From NCBI GenBank assembly GCA_002686885.1, contig NYYT01000012.1, forward strand, positions 84,161 through 148,160: DNA of 64,000 bases, written 5' to 3'. The stretch's first letter is position 1; each line of letters opens with the position of its first letter. Made by a program: the position numbers and the translations under genes. The notes beneath the pieces are model-generated. The model saw only the letters and a program-made list of their open reading frames with translations. It was not told the DNA's origin and searched no databases. Shown here piece after piece: positions 56,181 through 64,000 of this stretch. This DNA comes from Pedosphaera sp. Lineage in GTDB: Bacteria > Verrucomicrobiota > Verrucomicrobiia > Limisphaerales > AAA164-E04.

Positions 56181-56231
56181 AGTATTGTTTTTTGGGGTTT
56201 TACGATTATTGGAAAAAAGGTTCTAAAATAG

Positions 56232-56912
56232 TTATCGGATCAGTTCGCACGACGTGTTGGGAAGCAGATTGCAGGCATTGCCTTCGTCCGTGTCGATGTG
56301 CACTTCCAATTTAAAGCTGGGATCCACTCGCACCAACATCTGTTCGAAAGTCATGCCACAGGCTCCTCCCACCCGCATGCTCATGAAATCGCCCTGCGAG
56401 ACTTGGTAGAAACGGGCATCATCGGGATGCATGTGAACGTGCCTAAGTGCACGAATCACCCCTTGATCCATTTCAAAAAAGCCATTCGGCCCCATCAACA
56501 TGGCACCTGGTGTACCTACAATGTCGCCGGAGCTCTTGAGTGGAATATCAAAACCCAGAGCGACAGCATCGGTGTAGGCCAGCTCGACTTGATTGAGTGT
56601 GCGGCAAGGCCCCAAGATGCGAAGGTTGGAAATGACACGACTACGAGGCCCCACCAGAGTCACTGTTTCCTTCGCAGCAAATTGACCCTCCTGGTAAAGC
56701 CATTTGTGGACTGAAAGCTGGTGTCCTGGACCAAACAAGGCCTCGACCGCCTCTTGAGTCAAATGACAATGCCGCGCACTAACGTTGACCACCAAGGGGT
56801 TGGGAGCCTGCGCAGCCTGAGGCACTGGCTGCCCCATCCGCTGGTAGACAGCCTGCCGGACCCAGTGCTCAACAACCGCACGATGAGGGAGACTTGATTG
56901 GCTCGACATCAT
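56232..56912 (-). CDS. pduL: phosphate acyltransferase, PduL type (PTAC)
   Basis: Two PduL repeats (NVSARHCHL and IRALRHVHMHP). Start placed at MMSSQSSLPHRAVVEHWVRQAVYQRM (ATG 56912). The ORF-track start at 57002 lies in AT-rich promoter-like sequence. Confidence 0.88.
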   Translation of the reverse strand: MMSSQSSLPHRAVVEHWVRQAVYQRMGQPVPQAAQAPNPLVVNVSARHCHLTQEAVEALFGPGHQLSVHKWLYQEGQFAAKETVTLVGPRSRVISNLRILGPCRTLNQVELAYTDAVALGFDIPLKSSGDIVGTPGAMLMGPNGFFEMDQGVIRALRHVHMHPDDARFYQVSQGDFMSMRVGGACGMTFEQMLVRVDPSFKLEVHIDTDEGNACNLLPNTSCELIR

Positions 56913-57120
56913 TTTCTTATGCCTATCAAAATCTACCACGTCCATGATATTGTCAAGAATTATCTTCCAATTTCTACCAAAATCTTTCAAATAATATTTC
57001 AAACATTCATCTTAAGATAAATTTGTGTGAATAAGTTTGAGCCTGATGATAGATTTTGAAAGTTTTTTTAAATGACGACCGTGAACTTTCGTGGCATCTT
57101 TTCCCAAACTCTTCCTTTTC
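56913..57120. promoter_or_regulatory. AT-rich divergent control region between pduL (BMC operon) and the DeoR regulator, with a 10-bp inverted repeat
   Basis: TCAAAATCTA at 56927..56936 and its exact complement TAGATTTTGA at 57051..57060. An 8/10 direct copy CCAAAATCTT lies at 56978..56987. Confidence 0.5.
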
Positions 57121-57879
57121 ATGCAAGCTGAAGAACGCCAGAAACGCATCACCGATCATCTGCAAAAGGTTGAATTTTCAACCTTGGATGAACTGTCCGA
57201 GTTGGTCGATGCTTCCATTTCGACCGTTCGAAGGGATCTAACCCTCCTAGAAACCACAGGTCTGGTCAAAAGGACCCATGGAGGAGCTCGACTCCTGCAA
57301 CCTCAATCCCAGGAATTTATCTTTACTGAGAGGGAAACGCGGGAAAACGACGAGAAGGACCTTATCGGAAAGGCCTGCGCCCGCTTGATCCCCCCGAACC
57401 AAAGCGTGATCATCGATGCAGGAACAACCGCCTTCCATGCAGCCAAGCACTTGGGGGGTGGAGCTCCTCAAATCATCACCAATTCATTACCCGTGGCCAA
57501 CCACTACGCCTCCAACGGCAATGTAGAGGTCATTTTGTCTGGAGGTGTGATCTATCCAAGATTGGGGGTCATGGTCGGCCCCATTGCCAACGAAACTTTT
57601 TCACGTATGCATGCAGATTACGCCATCATGGGCTCTGGGGGGATCACCGAAGAAGGGATCACCAACTCGCACAATCTGCTCATTGATATTCAGAAGGAAA
57701 TGCTTCGAGCAGCTCAAAAAGTCATTTTTTGCCTGGATCACACCAAATTTGGGAGACGCTCGGTTTCATTCCTCTGTGATCTCGGCCAAGTCGATTCCAT
57801 CATCACAGACACCAAGGCCCCCCCTGCCCTGCTGGAGCACTTCTCGTCCAAGGGTATTGAGATCGTCCTTGCTCACTGA
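57121..57879 (+). CDS. DeoR-family transcriptional regulator
   Basis: N-terminal wHTH (RQKRITDHLQKVEFSTLDELSELVDASISTVRRDLTLLE) plus a DeoR C-terminal sensor domain. Divergent from the BMC operon. Confidence 0.9.
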   Translation: MQAEERQKRITDHLQKVEFSTLDELSELVDASISTVRRDLTLLETTGLVKRTHGGARLLQPQSQEFIFTERETRENDEKDLIGKACARLIPPNQSVIIDAGTTAFHAAKHLGGGAPQIITNSLPVANHYASNGNVEVILSGGVIYPRLGVMVGPIANETFSRMHADYAIMGSGGITEEGITNSHNLLIDIQKEMLRAAQKVIFCLDHTKFGRRSVSFLCDLGQVDSIITDTKAPPALLEHFSSKGIEIVLAH

Positions 57880-57907
57880 GCGAATCATTCCGCACAAAGC
57901 AGATCTT

Positions 57908-59383
57908 TCAATCCCAATAGGTGCCTTCCTGCAGGATTTGTTGCCGATAGGCACGAAGATTCTCCACCAGCTTCTCAGCTCTCTCCGGGTATTCCGCAGC
58001 ACGATTGAAGCGTTCTCCGAGGTCCTCTTCGACCTGAAAAAGAAGCGGGGCTGCCTCGGATACCGTAAATCCATAATCATCCCCCAGCTGGGATCCAATG
58101 CGGATATGGCATTTCCAGGGTCCTTCTCTCAAGGCAGAGGCTTGATTGTCATGGTAGGAATAAAGGAATCGAAACGGGGATACCTCTCCGGAAAAGTGCG
58201 CCGGAGCCAGCCAGGGAAGGAGGTCCCTGCCATCCACGGAGCGATCGTCCGGCAGAGGCTGACCCGCCAAATGCATGAGTGTGGGGAACACATCCAGAGT
58301 CGAAGCGGGCTCAAGAATGCGCGTTTGCCCTTTAATGACTCCTGGCCAATAGAAAATGCCCGGTACCCGATGCCCGCCTTCCCAGGTCGAACCCTTCCCA
58401 TCGCGAAACGGGTAGGCATTGCCTACATGCATCCGAGCCTCGCCATATTTGGGGTGTGAGGCTGTCTCCTTGAAGCGCAGCCAGGGGCCGTTGTCCGACG
58501 AAAAGACGATGAGCGTATGGTTGGTCAGTTCCAGCTTGGAGAGTCGTTTCAGAATGCGCTCCATCGAATGATCGATTTCAGCCATGACATCCCCCAGCAG
58601 TCCACGACGAGACCGTCCAACGAAAGCATCGGAAGCGTAGAGTCCCAGATGAGGTTGATTATGAGCCAGATAAACAAAAAAAGGTTGAGATGCGTTTTGC
58701 TCGATAAAGGACAAAGCCGCATCCGTGTAGCGTTGGGTCAGGGAAGCCGAAATACCGGGGTGCGATGGAAGATCACGCCCCAGCTCAACATAGCCCCTCA
58801 CTGGTTGGTCGCCGTTGACATCACTCTGCAAAAGCTTGGCATTATCATAGTCATGGGACACGTTGGTTCCGAGCCACTGATCAAAGCCATGCGCCAGCGG
58901 GAGCGCCTCGGGGGTCCTTTGGTTTTTCTCATTCGGGTTCCCCAAATGCCATTTACCAAAGAGAGCAGTGGCATACCCACTGGCCTTGAACCCCTCAGCC
59001 AAGGTCCTTTCCTTGGGGTGCATGTGGCGTGCAGCACCCGGGCCGATCACCCATGATCCAAGACCGGACCGACCCGGCACTCTACCCGTCAGAAGAGAGT
59101 AACGAGAGGCCGAACATGCCGGCGAAGACGTGTAAAATTGAGTGAATTGGGCTCCCTCCCATGCGAGACGACTGATGGTCGGTGTCTCGATGGTAGGGTT
59201 TCCATGATGGGCAAAGTCTCCGTAGCCCGCATCATCGAGAAAGACGAGAATGACGTTGGGACGATCCAAGGCAGGACGAGTGGCAGCCTCGGCGGCCTTG
59301 GAGGCGGAAAGCACTCCTGTGGCGACACTCAGCAATAATGCGAGCCAGCATGGATACTTTGAAAACTCATTGAAGTAATTCAT
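57908..59383 (-). CDS. secreted formylglycine-dependent sulfatase (arylsulfatase A family)
   Basis: PNVILVFLDDAGYGDF and the active-site segment SSPACSASRYSLLTGR. Signal peptide from the ATG at 59383. Overlaps the upstream TolC-like gene by 17 nt. Confidence 0.88.
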   Translation of the reverse strand: MNYFNEFSKYPCWLALLLSVATGVLSASKAAEAATRPALDRPNVILVFLDDAGYGDFAHHGNPTIETPTISRLAWEGAQFTQFYTSSPACSASRYSLLTGRVPGRSGLGSWVIGPGAARHMHPKERTLAEGFKASGYATALFGKWHLGNPNEKNQRTPEALPLAHGFDQWLGTNVSHDYDNAKLLQSDVNGDQPVRGYVELGRDLPSHPGISASLTQRYTDAALSFIEQNASQPFFVYLAHNQPHLGLYASDAFVGRSRRGLLGDVMAEIDHSMERILKRLSKLELTNHTLIVFSSDNGPWLRFKETASHPKYGEARMHVGNAYPFRDGKGSTWEGGHRVPGIFYWPGVIKGQTRILEPASTLDVFPTLMHLAGQPLPDDRSVDGRDLLPWLAPAHFSGEVSPFRFLYSYHDNQASALREGPWKCHIRIGSQLGDDYGFTVSEAAPLLFQVEEDLGERFNRAAEYPERAEKLVENLRAYRQQILQEGTYWD

Positions 59384-61151
59384 AATCCTTTTCCTCCCAC
59401 TGGCCACCTTCCTTGATAAAGAGAATGCCCATATCTCGCCAGAAGCCCAGACGCGCGATGGTATGACTGATAAGGGCACTGGTCAGCTGATTCTGGGAGT
59501 TGATCAAGTCATTCTGAGCATCGACCAAATCGAGAGCAAGTCCCAGACCCAGTTCTCGCTTGAGGATTTCTTCATCTCGTCGGTTTTGGCTGAGCTCAAC
59601 CCGCACTTGACTGATTTCAAACTCCCTTTTGCGTTGTTCTAGATTACGCCAGCCGTCCTGAATATCGAGTTTTACTTGGTCGAGAAAAAGCTCCTGCTGG
59701 CGACGCGCGCGATCGAAGGCAATGAGAGCTGAGCGGTAGCTGTTTCGTTCTGCCTTGCGATTGATGGGCAAATCGACTCCCAGGGCGGCCGTCCAAGAGC
59801 GCTGGCGAAAATCGGGGAATTGAAAACCCTCACCAGGGCGACTGGAGAGCTGACCAGAAAGCCGCAGATCGAGATCTGCTTGAAGCCCATCGGCCGCAAT
59901 TCGAATACGGCGCTCCGAATCGATCAAACGATCGCGGGTATTGTCCAAGTCCAAACGCATCTTCAACGCGACCTCCACCGCCTGATCTACTGAAAGTTCG
60001 GGATGATGAATCTCAAGATCTTTAAGTTCCGTTTCATCCAAAATCATCAAAGTATCCATCGAGAGTCCCAGGTCCATTTTGAACCTATCCCGCGATAATT
60101 GATAATTGCGAATCGCGCTGATCCATCCCTGTTCGGTAGAAAGCAATGATTCTTTGAGGCGATTGAGTTCGGAGAGAGGTGTCTCACCTTCCGCGGCTCG
60201 AGCCTGTTCCCGTTCCACACTTACCTTGAAACTTTCATATCCCTGAAAAGCATTTCGAACTCGATCCCGATTTTGAAGCACTTGATAGTAGGAGGCGACG
60301 ATCTCGACAGAAAACTCTTTGCGAAAACGGGTGAAATCTCGGATGGCATACAATAGATTACGCTCCGCCTGAGTGAGCCTCTCGATGGCAATCCGATAGC
60401 CTGCCCCTCTCAGCAAAGGTTGTGTCAAGGTGGCACCAAGAGCCGAAGATGTTGCCAAGCCCTCATCGTTTGAAACGAAGCGTACGAAATCGGTAGTGAA
60501 GTCAGCTGCAATACGCCCCCCCGTTCGCAACAACCAGTTGAAACCCACTCCTGCATTACTCTGGATCGTCTTTTCCTTAACCAAACCATCGACACCACTT
60601 TGGGCTTCTCCTGCAAGACGCTGTCGTTCCTGATAAGCCACATCACCACTACTCCCAAAAATCGGAGTGTATTGAAATCGTGCCAAGGACAGATCCAAAG
60701 CCTGCAAATAAAGATCTTCTTTTTGAGTCAAATATCTTCGGTTATAGGCAGTCGCTAGCTCAAGAGCGGCTTCAAGAGAGACGACACGAGCCCCTACTTC
60801 GCTCTGCCCAGTCTTGCCTAGGAATGCTTCCAAATTTTCGGAGACTGGCATGGATGCGAGATCCGAAGGATCCATTTGCTGAAGCTCAAAACTAGGCTCC
60901 GTGTTCGGTATGAGGGTCGACTTTTCGGCAATTAAGGAGGCCGCCTCTCGATTCGCACTTTCTTCGTAGTGTTGGGTCGAGCAACCCGTCCATGAGGAAA
61001 CCAAGAGGAGGCACCAGAGGCAGGTCAACATGCTTCCAAAACCTTGTCCAAGACCCACCCCCTTACACTGCACGGGCGCCATGAACTGCATCCAGTAAGC
61101 GCTGGCTAACCGCATGTTCCAACCTTTGATGAAAGCATCTTGCTGCATCAT
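59367..61151 (-). CDS. outer-membrane efflux protein (TolC/OEP family)
   Basis: Two OEP-type repeats with long helical segments. The start is uncertain: 61151, or the internal ATG at 61031, which gives MLTCLWCLLLVSSWTGCS. Confidence 0.75.
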   Translation of the reverse strand: MMQQDAFIKGWNMRLASAYWMQFMAPVQCKGVGLGQGFGSMLTCLWCLLLVSSWTGCSTQHYEESANREAASLIAEKSTLIPNTEPSFELQQMDPSDLASMPVSENLEAFLGKTGQSEVGARVVSLEAALELATAYNRRYLTQKEDLYLQALDLSLARFQYTPIFGSSGDVAYQERQRLAGEAQSGVDGLVKEKTIQSNAGVGFNWLLRTGGRIAADFTTDFVRFVSNDEGLATSSALGATLTQPLLRGAGYRIAIERLTQAERNLLYAIRDFTRFRKEFSVEIVASYYQVLQNRDRVRNAFQGYESFKVSVEREQARAAEGETPLSELNRLKESLLSTEQGWISAIRNYQLSRDRFKMDLGLSMDTLMILDETELKDLEIHHPELSVDQAVEVALKMRLDLDNTRDRLIDSERRIRIAADGLQADLDLRLSGQLSSRPGEGFQFPDFRQRSWTAALGVDLPINRKAERNSYRSALIAFDRARRQQELFLDQVKLDIQDGWRNLEQRKREFEISQVRVELSQNRRDEEILKRELGLGLALDLVDAQNDLINSQNQLTSALISHTIARLGFWRDMGILFIKEGGQWEEKDYELLQ

Positions 61152-61156
61152 TCAAA

Positions 61157-62464
61157 TCATTCCTGTCTGACGGCTTCAACCGGACTCAAACACGCCGCCT
61201 TGTTGGCAGGATAAATCCCAAACAGAAGCCCGGTGGCGGCCGATACCGAGAATGCCAGAAGCGGCGACCACCAGGTCACGATCGTAATCATGTCCGTAGC
61301 CACTCCGACGACCCAGGGGATGAGCATTCCGAGCGAAACACCCACCAGACCTCCGACGCTTGCGAGCAAGGTGGTTTCCGTCATGAACTGGGAGAGAATA
61401 TCCTTTCGAGTCGCACCCAAGGCTCGCCGAATGCCAATTTCCCGCGTGCGCTCCGACACACTGGCCAACATGATGTTCATAATACCAATCCCCCCAACCA
61501 ACAAGGAGATGCCGGCAATGGAGCCTAGGACAGTGTTGAAGATGCGCTTGGTGCGAAGTGCCTGACGCATCAACATGAGGGGCACCACTACCTCGAAATC
61601 ATTTTTCTCGTGGGTTTGGGACAGGCGCGACTTGATGGCTTCGGCGATGCTTTCCACTTTCTCGAGCCGTTCGACCTTGAGTGTGACTTCGTGCAATTCC
61701 ACCGCTTCAGCCTGAAAATAGGAGCCAATGCGCTGAACGCTGGTCTCTCCAAAAAAACGCTTGGCTGTGGTGATGGGCAAGAACACTCGAGGTGGCACCT
61801 CGGCATCCTCCATATCTTCTTCCACTTCGCTGACCCCTTCCGAGGTAGCCGCATTGGATGAAGATTGGATCACACCGACCACTTCCAGGTAATGTCTGCC
61901 CAAGCGTATGGTTTTCCCGATGATTTGGTGAATGGGAAACAGTGGGTCTTCAAGCGACTCCTCGATCACACACACTTTCGCGTTTTCCTCGAGATCGCGA
62001 AGGCTGAGAAACCTCCCCTGGATCAAATTCATCTGTCGAAGATTCCCATACCATGGAACCGTGCCCACCATTTCGACATTGGCACTTTGTCGACCGCTGT
62101 AGGCAGTCCGTCGCTCCTTACGATCTTCCACCACCAGGGTGATCTCCGGAAACGTCTCTCGGATGCCCAGCACATCCTCATAGGTCAAACCGTAATTGAG
62201 AATGTAGCTGCCCTGCCGCTGCTGCTTGTTTTGCTCTTCGGGAGGCTTGATGGTTCGCAGAATGATGTTCTGGCTTCCAAGTTCCTGGATTTGCTGCTGC
62301 GCCTCGAAATTGGCGCCTTCCCCAATGGCGAGCATGGCGATGACCGAGGCCACTCCGAACACCATGCCCATGGTGGTCAGGATGGAACGCAGACGGTGCA
62401 GCATGAGACTTTTGAGCCCCAGTGCGAGGATATGACTCATGCGGGACGCCGAGAAGGAGAACAT
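61157..62464 (-). CDS. ABC transporter permease, MacB/FtsX type
   Basis: HRLRSILTTMGMVFGVASVIAM N-terminus, a periplasmic domain, and GGIGIMNIMLASVSERTREIGIRRALGA. Confidence 0.85.
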   Translation of the reverse strand: MFSFSASRMSHILALGLKSLMLHRLRSILTTMGMVFGVASVIAMLAIGEGANFEAQQQIQELGSQNIILRTIKPPEEQNKQQRQGSYILNYGLTYEDVLGIRETFPEITLVVEDRKERRTAYSGRQSANVEMVGTVPWYGNLRQMNLIQGRFLSLRDLEENAKVCVIEESLEDPLFPIHQIIGKTIRLGRHYLEVVGVIQSSSNAATSEGVSEVEEDMEDAEVPPRVFLPITTAKRFFGETSVQRIGSYFQAEAVELHEVTLKVERLEKVESIAEAIKSRLSQTHEKNDFEVVVPLMLMRQALRTKRIFNTVLGSIAGISLLVGGIGIMNIMLASVSERTREIGIRRALGATRKDILSQFMTETTLLASVGGLVGVSLGMLIPWVVGVATDMITIVTWWSPLLAFSVSAATGLLFGIYPANKAACLSPVEAVRQE

Positions 62465-62470
62465 GACACC

Positions 62471-64000
62471 CTAGGAATCCTGGCCCGACAAGGTGAAGAG
62501 GGCCTCTTCATCAGATACGGCAGGCCACTGATCAAAGGTCTTGGGATCGATATCTTCTGGAATCTGGAGGTAGACAACCTCTCCTTCATCCACCCCCGAA
62601 GCAATGGCAGCAAAGCGATTGTTGTAGTCTTCCACCTGAACCGGTCGCAGCCTGCTACCCGAAGCCCCTTGAACACAGCAAAAGGTGCGGCCTGCATGAT
62701 TGAAAACCGCCTGCACCGGAATCATCACCACCTCAGGCAATACCCGAATCACAATTCTCGCCTGAGCCGCCATGCCCGGCTTGACCCACTCCTGCAATCC
62801 GGCCATTTTGATGGAAGTACGATAGACCTTTTGATCGGGGTTGAATCGACGATTTTCGGAATCAGGGAGGACCCCCACGCTTTCCACCTCCCCGGTAAGA
62901 GGCCGGTCGGGTTCGGCATCCACCAAAATTTCCACGGGCATCCCTTTCTTCACGCGTTTGACTTGAGACTCGTGAATGCGAACCTTGACTGCCATGTGGC
63001 GCATGTCGGGAATGGTGATGATGGCTTGCCGCTCACGCACTCTGGCCCCTTCACGAATCACTTCATCAGGATCCCAACGATCGCTTCCATCACCGTAAAC
63101 TACCAAGCCGGGACGCTCGGCACGGATGGTGCACGCGGCATATTGTTCGCGCAAATCATCAAGCTGCATTTTTTCCCAACGATACGCCCTCTGCGCACGG
63201 TTCAAATCTCCAACGCTGTCAGCCATCTCCGCAATGGCATCCTTCTTGGCTCGGCTCAAGCGCATAAGGGCTTGCTCGTAGTTAAGCAAAAACTGCTCGG
63301 CATCTTTCTGGATATTGTAGGCCTGGAAGAGCTGCAGCGAGGCTTTGGAGGAAGCCAGGGCGTTCTGGCTTTTGTCGAAATCGATTTTCTTGTTCTGCAG
63401 CTCATTCGGCGTGATGAAGCCTCGATCGGCCAGTCGCACAGCTCCCTCGTAGGTCTTTTTCTTCAATGCAAATTCGGCTTCGGCAATGAGCACGGAATCC
63501 TGCAGCTTTCGCAATTCCTGACGGGCATCCCCATCTCCCAGAAGCTGCTCGTTGCCCTCCTGAGTCAAGGCGCTAAAATCGACATCGTAATCTCGGATAT
63601 CTGGCAACAAATCCTTTTCATCGGCTCCTCCCCAGCTGTTGAAGAGATCCTCGGGACTTTCCAGCCCACCCACAATAGACCCATCTCCTGCCTCGATGGC
63701 ATTGCTGTTGGCAGCACCCATCAAACTTGAAGCAAAAAGTGATTTGCTTGCGTTGATGGCATTTCCCGCATCGTCGTCAATCGTTTCTTCTGAAAGACCA
63801 ATGTCATCCAAGATACTCTGGGCAGCCTCCTCCCCGAGATACTTTTTGAAATCCATAAGGGCGAACTTGGCCTTAACGCTGGCGTCCTTGATACTGCTCA
63901 AATTCGCACTCTCACGAATTTCGCGCATCTTCACGTATTCCATCCAATTCGCAAGGGCGGCCTGAACATCGGTCTCCTGAGCTTTGATGCGCTCAACGAT
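62471..64000 (-). CDS. periplasmic adaptor (HlyD-family membrane fusion protein), 5' end beyond the window
   Basis: The minus-strand frame stays open from the listed ATG (63943) to nt 64000 (...IVERIKAQETDVQAALANW-MEYVK...). Long coiled-coil plus beta-barrel region. Confidence 0.75.
   Translation of the reverse strand: MVERIKAQETDVQAALANWMEYVKMREIRESANLSSIKDASVKAKFALMDFKKYLGEEAAQSILDDIGLSEETIDDDAGNAINASKSLFASSLMGAANSNAIEAGDGSIVGGLESPEDLFNSWGGADEKDLLPDIRDYDVDFSALTQEGNEQLLGDGDARQELRKLQDSVLIAEAEFALKKKTYEGAVRLADRGFITPNELQNKKIDFDKSQNALASSKASLQLFQAYNIQKDAEQFLLNYEQALMRLSRAKKDAIAEMADSVGDLNRAQRAYRWEKMQLDDLREQYAACTIRAERPGLVVYGDGSDRWDPDEVIREGARVRERQAIITIPDMRHMAVKVRIHESQVKRVKKGMPVEILVDAEPDRPLTGEVESVGVLPDSENRRFNPDQKVYRTSIKMAGLQEWVKPGMAAQARIVIRVLPEVVMIPVQAVFNHAGRTFCCVQGASGSRLRPVQVEDYNNRFAAIASGVDEGEVVYLQIPEDIDPKTFDQWPAVSDEEALFTLSGQDS

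Noticed and set aside
48115-57002. Interpreting the BMC locus as a Pdu, Eut or glycyl-radical (GRM) microcompartment.
   Set aside because: The locus has no diol dehydratase (PduCDE), ethanolamine ammonia-lyase (EutBC), glycyl-radical enzyme or activase, or B12-recycling genes. The only lyase is a class II aldolase, which defines the PVM-type locus.
61865-63730. A 621-aa plus-strand ORF, the longest unexplained ORF in the track.
   Set aside because: It lies entirely antisense to the MacB-type permease and the HlyD-type adaptor, both of which have clear family motifs. Its translation is low-complexity and rich in Leu/Gly/His/Arg with no motifs. It is a typical shadow ORF of GC-biased coding sequence.
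1-64000. A search for CRISPR arrays, IS elements, integrases, phage genes, toxin-antitoxin pairs or other defence-island hallmarks.
   Set aside because: The few intergenic regions are short and contain no spaced direct repeats. No ORF shows transposase, recombinase, Cas, nuclease-NTPase or toxin-antitoxin-like signatures that I can recognise. The window looks like core chromosome plus lineage-specific metabolic loci.

Overview
The window is a densely packed chromosomal segment with about 54 protein-coding genes. I recognised no rRNA, tRNA, CRISPR array, transposase, integrase or prophage genes. Gene content points to the Planctomycetes-Verrucomicrobia-Chlamydiae (PVC) superphylum, most likely a Verrucomicrobium. 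The evidence is two pairs of 'planctomycete-specific' genes (DUF1592-family + DUF1552; DUF1549/DUF1553 + DUF1501), sulfatase and PhoD genes, FG-GAP/BNR fusion proteins, and leaders without Shine-Dalgarno (SD) motifs.

Housekeeping genes: tatD, gntP-like, aroK, queG, glgB, glgC, coaB-like, argS, ptsN-like, rsmI, pdxA, folP and cdaA.

The standout feature is a complete bacterial microcompartment (BMC) super-operon on the minus strand, about 48.1-56.9 kb. Gene order is pduL-type phosphotransacylase, BMC-H, BMC-H, acetate kinase, BMC-H, BMC-P, CoA-acylating aldehyde dehydrogenase, BMC-P, BMC-P, class II aldolase, Ldh/Mdh-family dehydrogenase, and an unassigned 439-aa protein. A perfect bidirectional terminator closes it and a divergent DeoR regulator faces it. 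This matches the Planctomycetes/Verrucomicrobia (PVM) aldolase-type metabolosome. It also has locus-specific features worth follow-up:
- two extra tail genes
- predicted encapsulation helices on three or four enzymes
- a repeated TAGATTTTGA(AA) motif in the control region and again inside the operon

Other points of interest:
- an orphan two-gene cassette behind phased T-tracts (36.3-38.4 kb)
- two MacB/Lol-like tripartite exporter clusters
- a membrane-anchored octahaem cytochrome fused to HEAT/TPR repeats
- a 1268-aa anchored protein
- an unannotated small membrane ORF
- a 463-bp structured intergenic region

All functional calls come from motif recognition by eye. No database search was possible.
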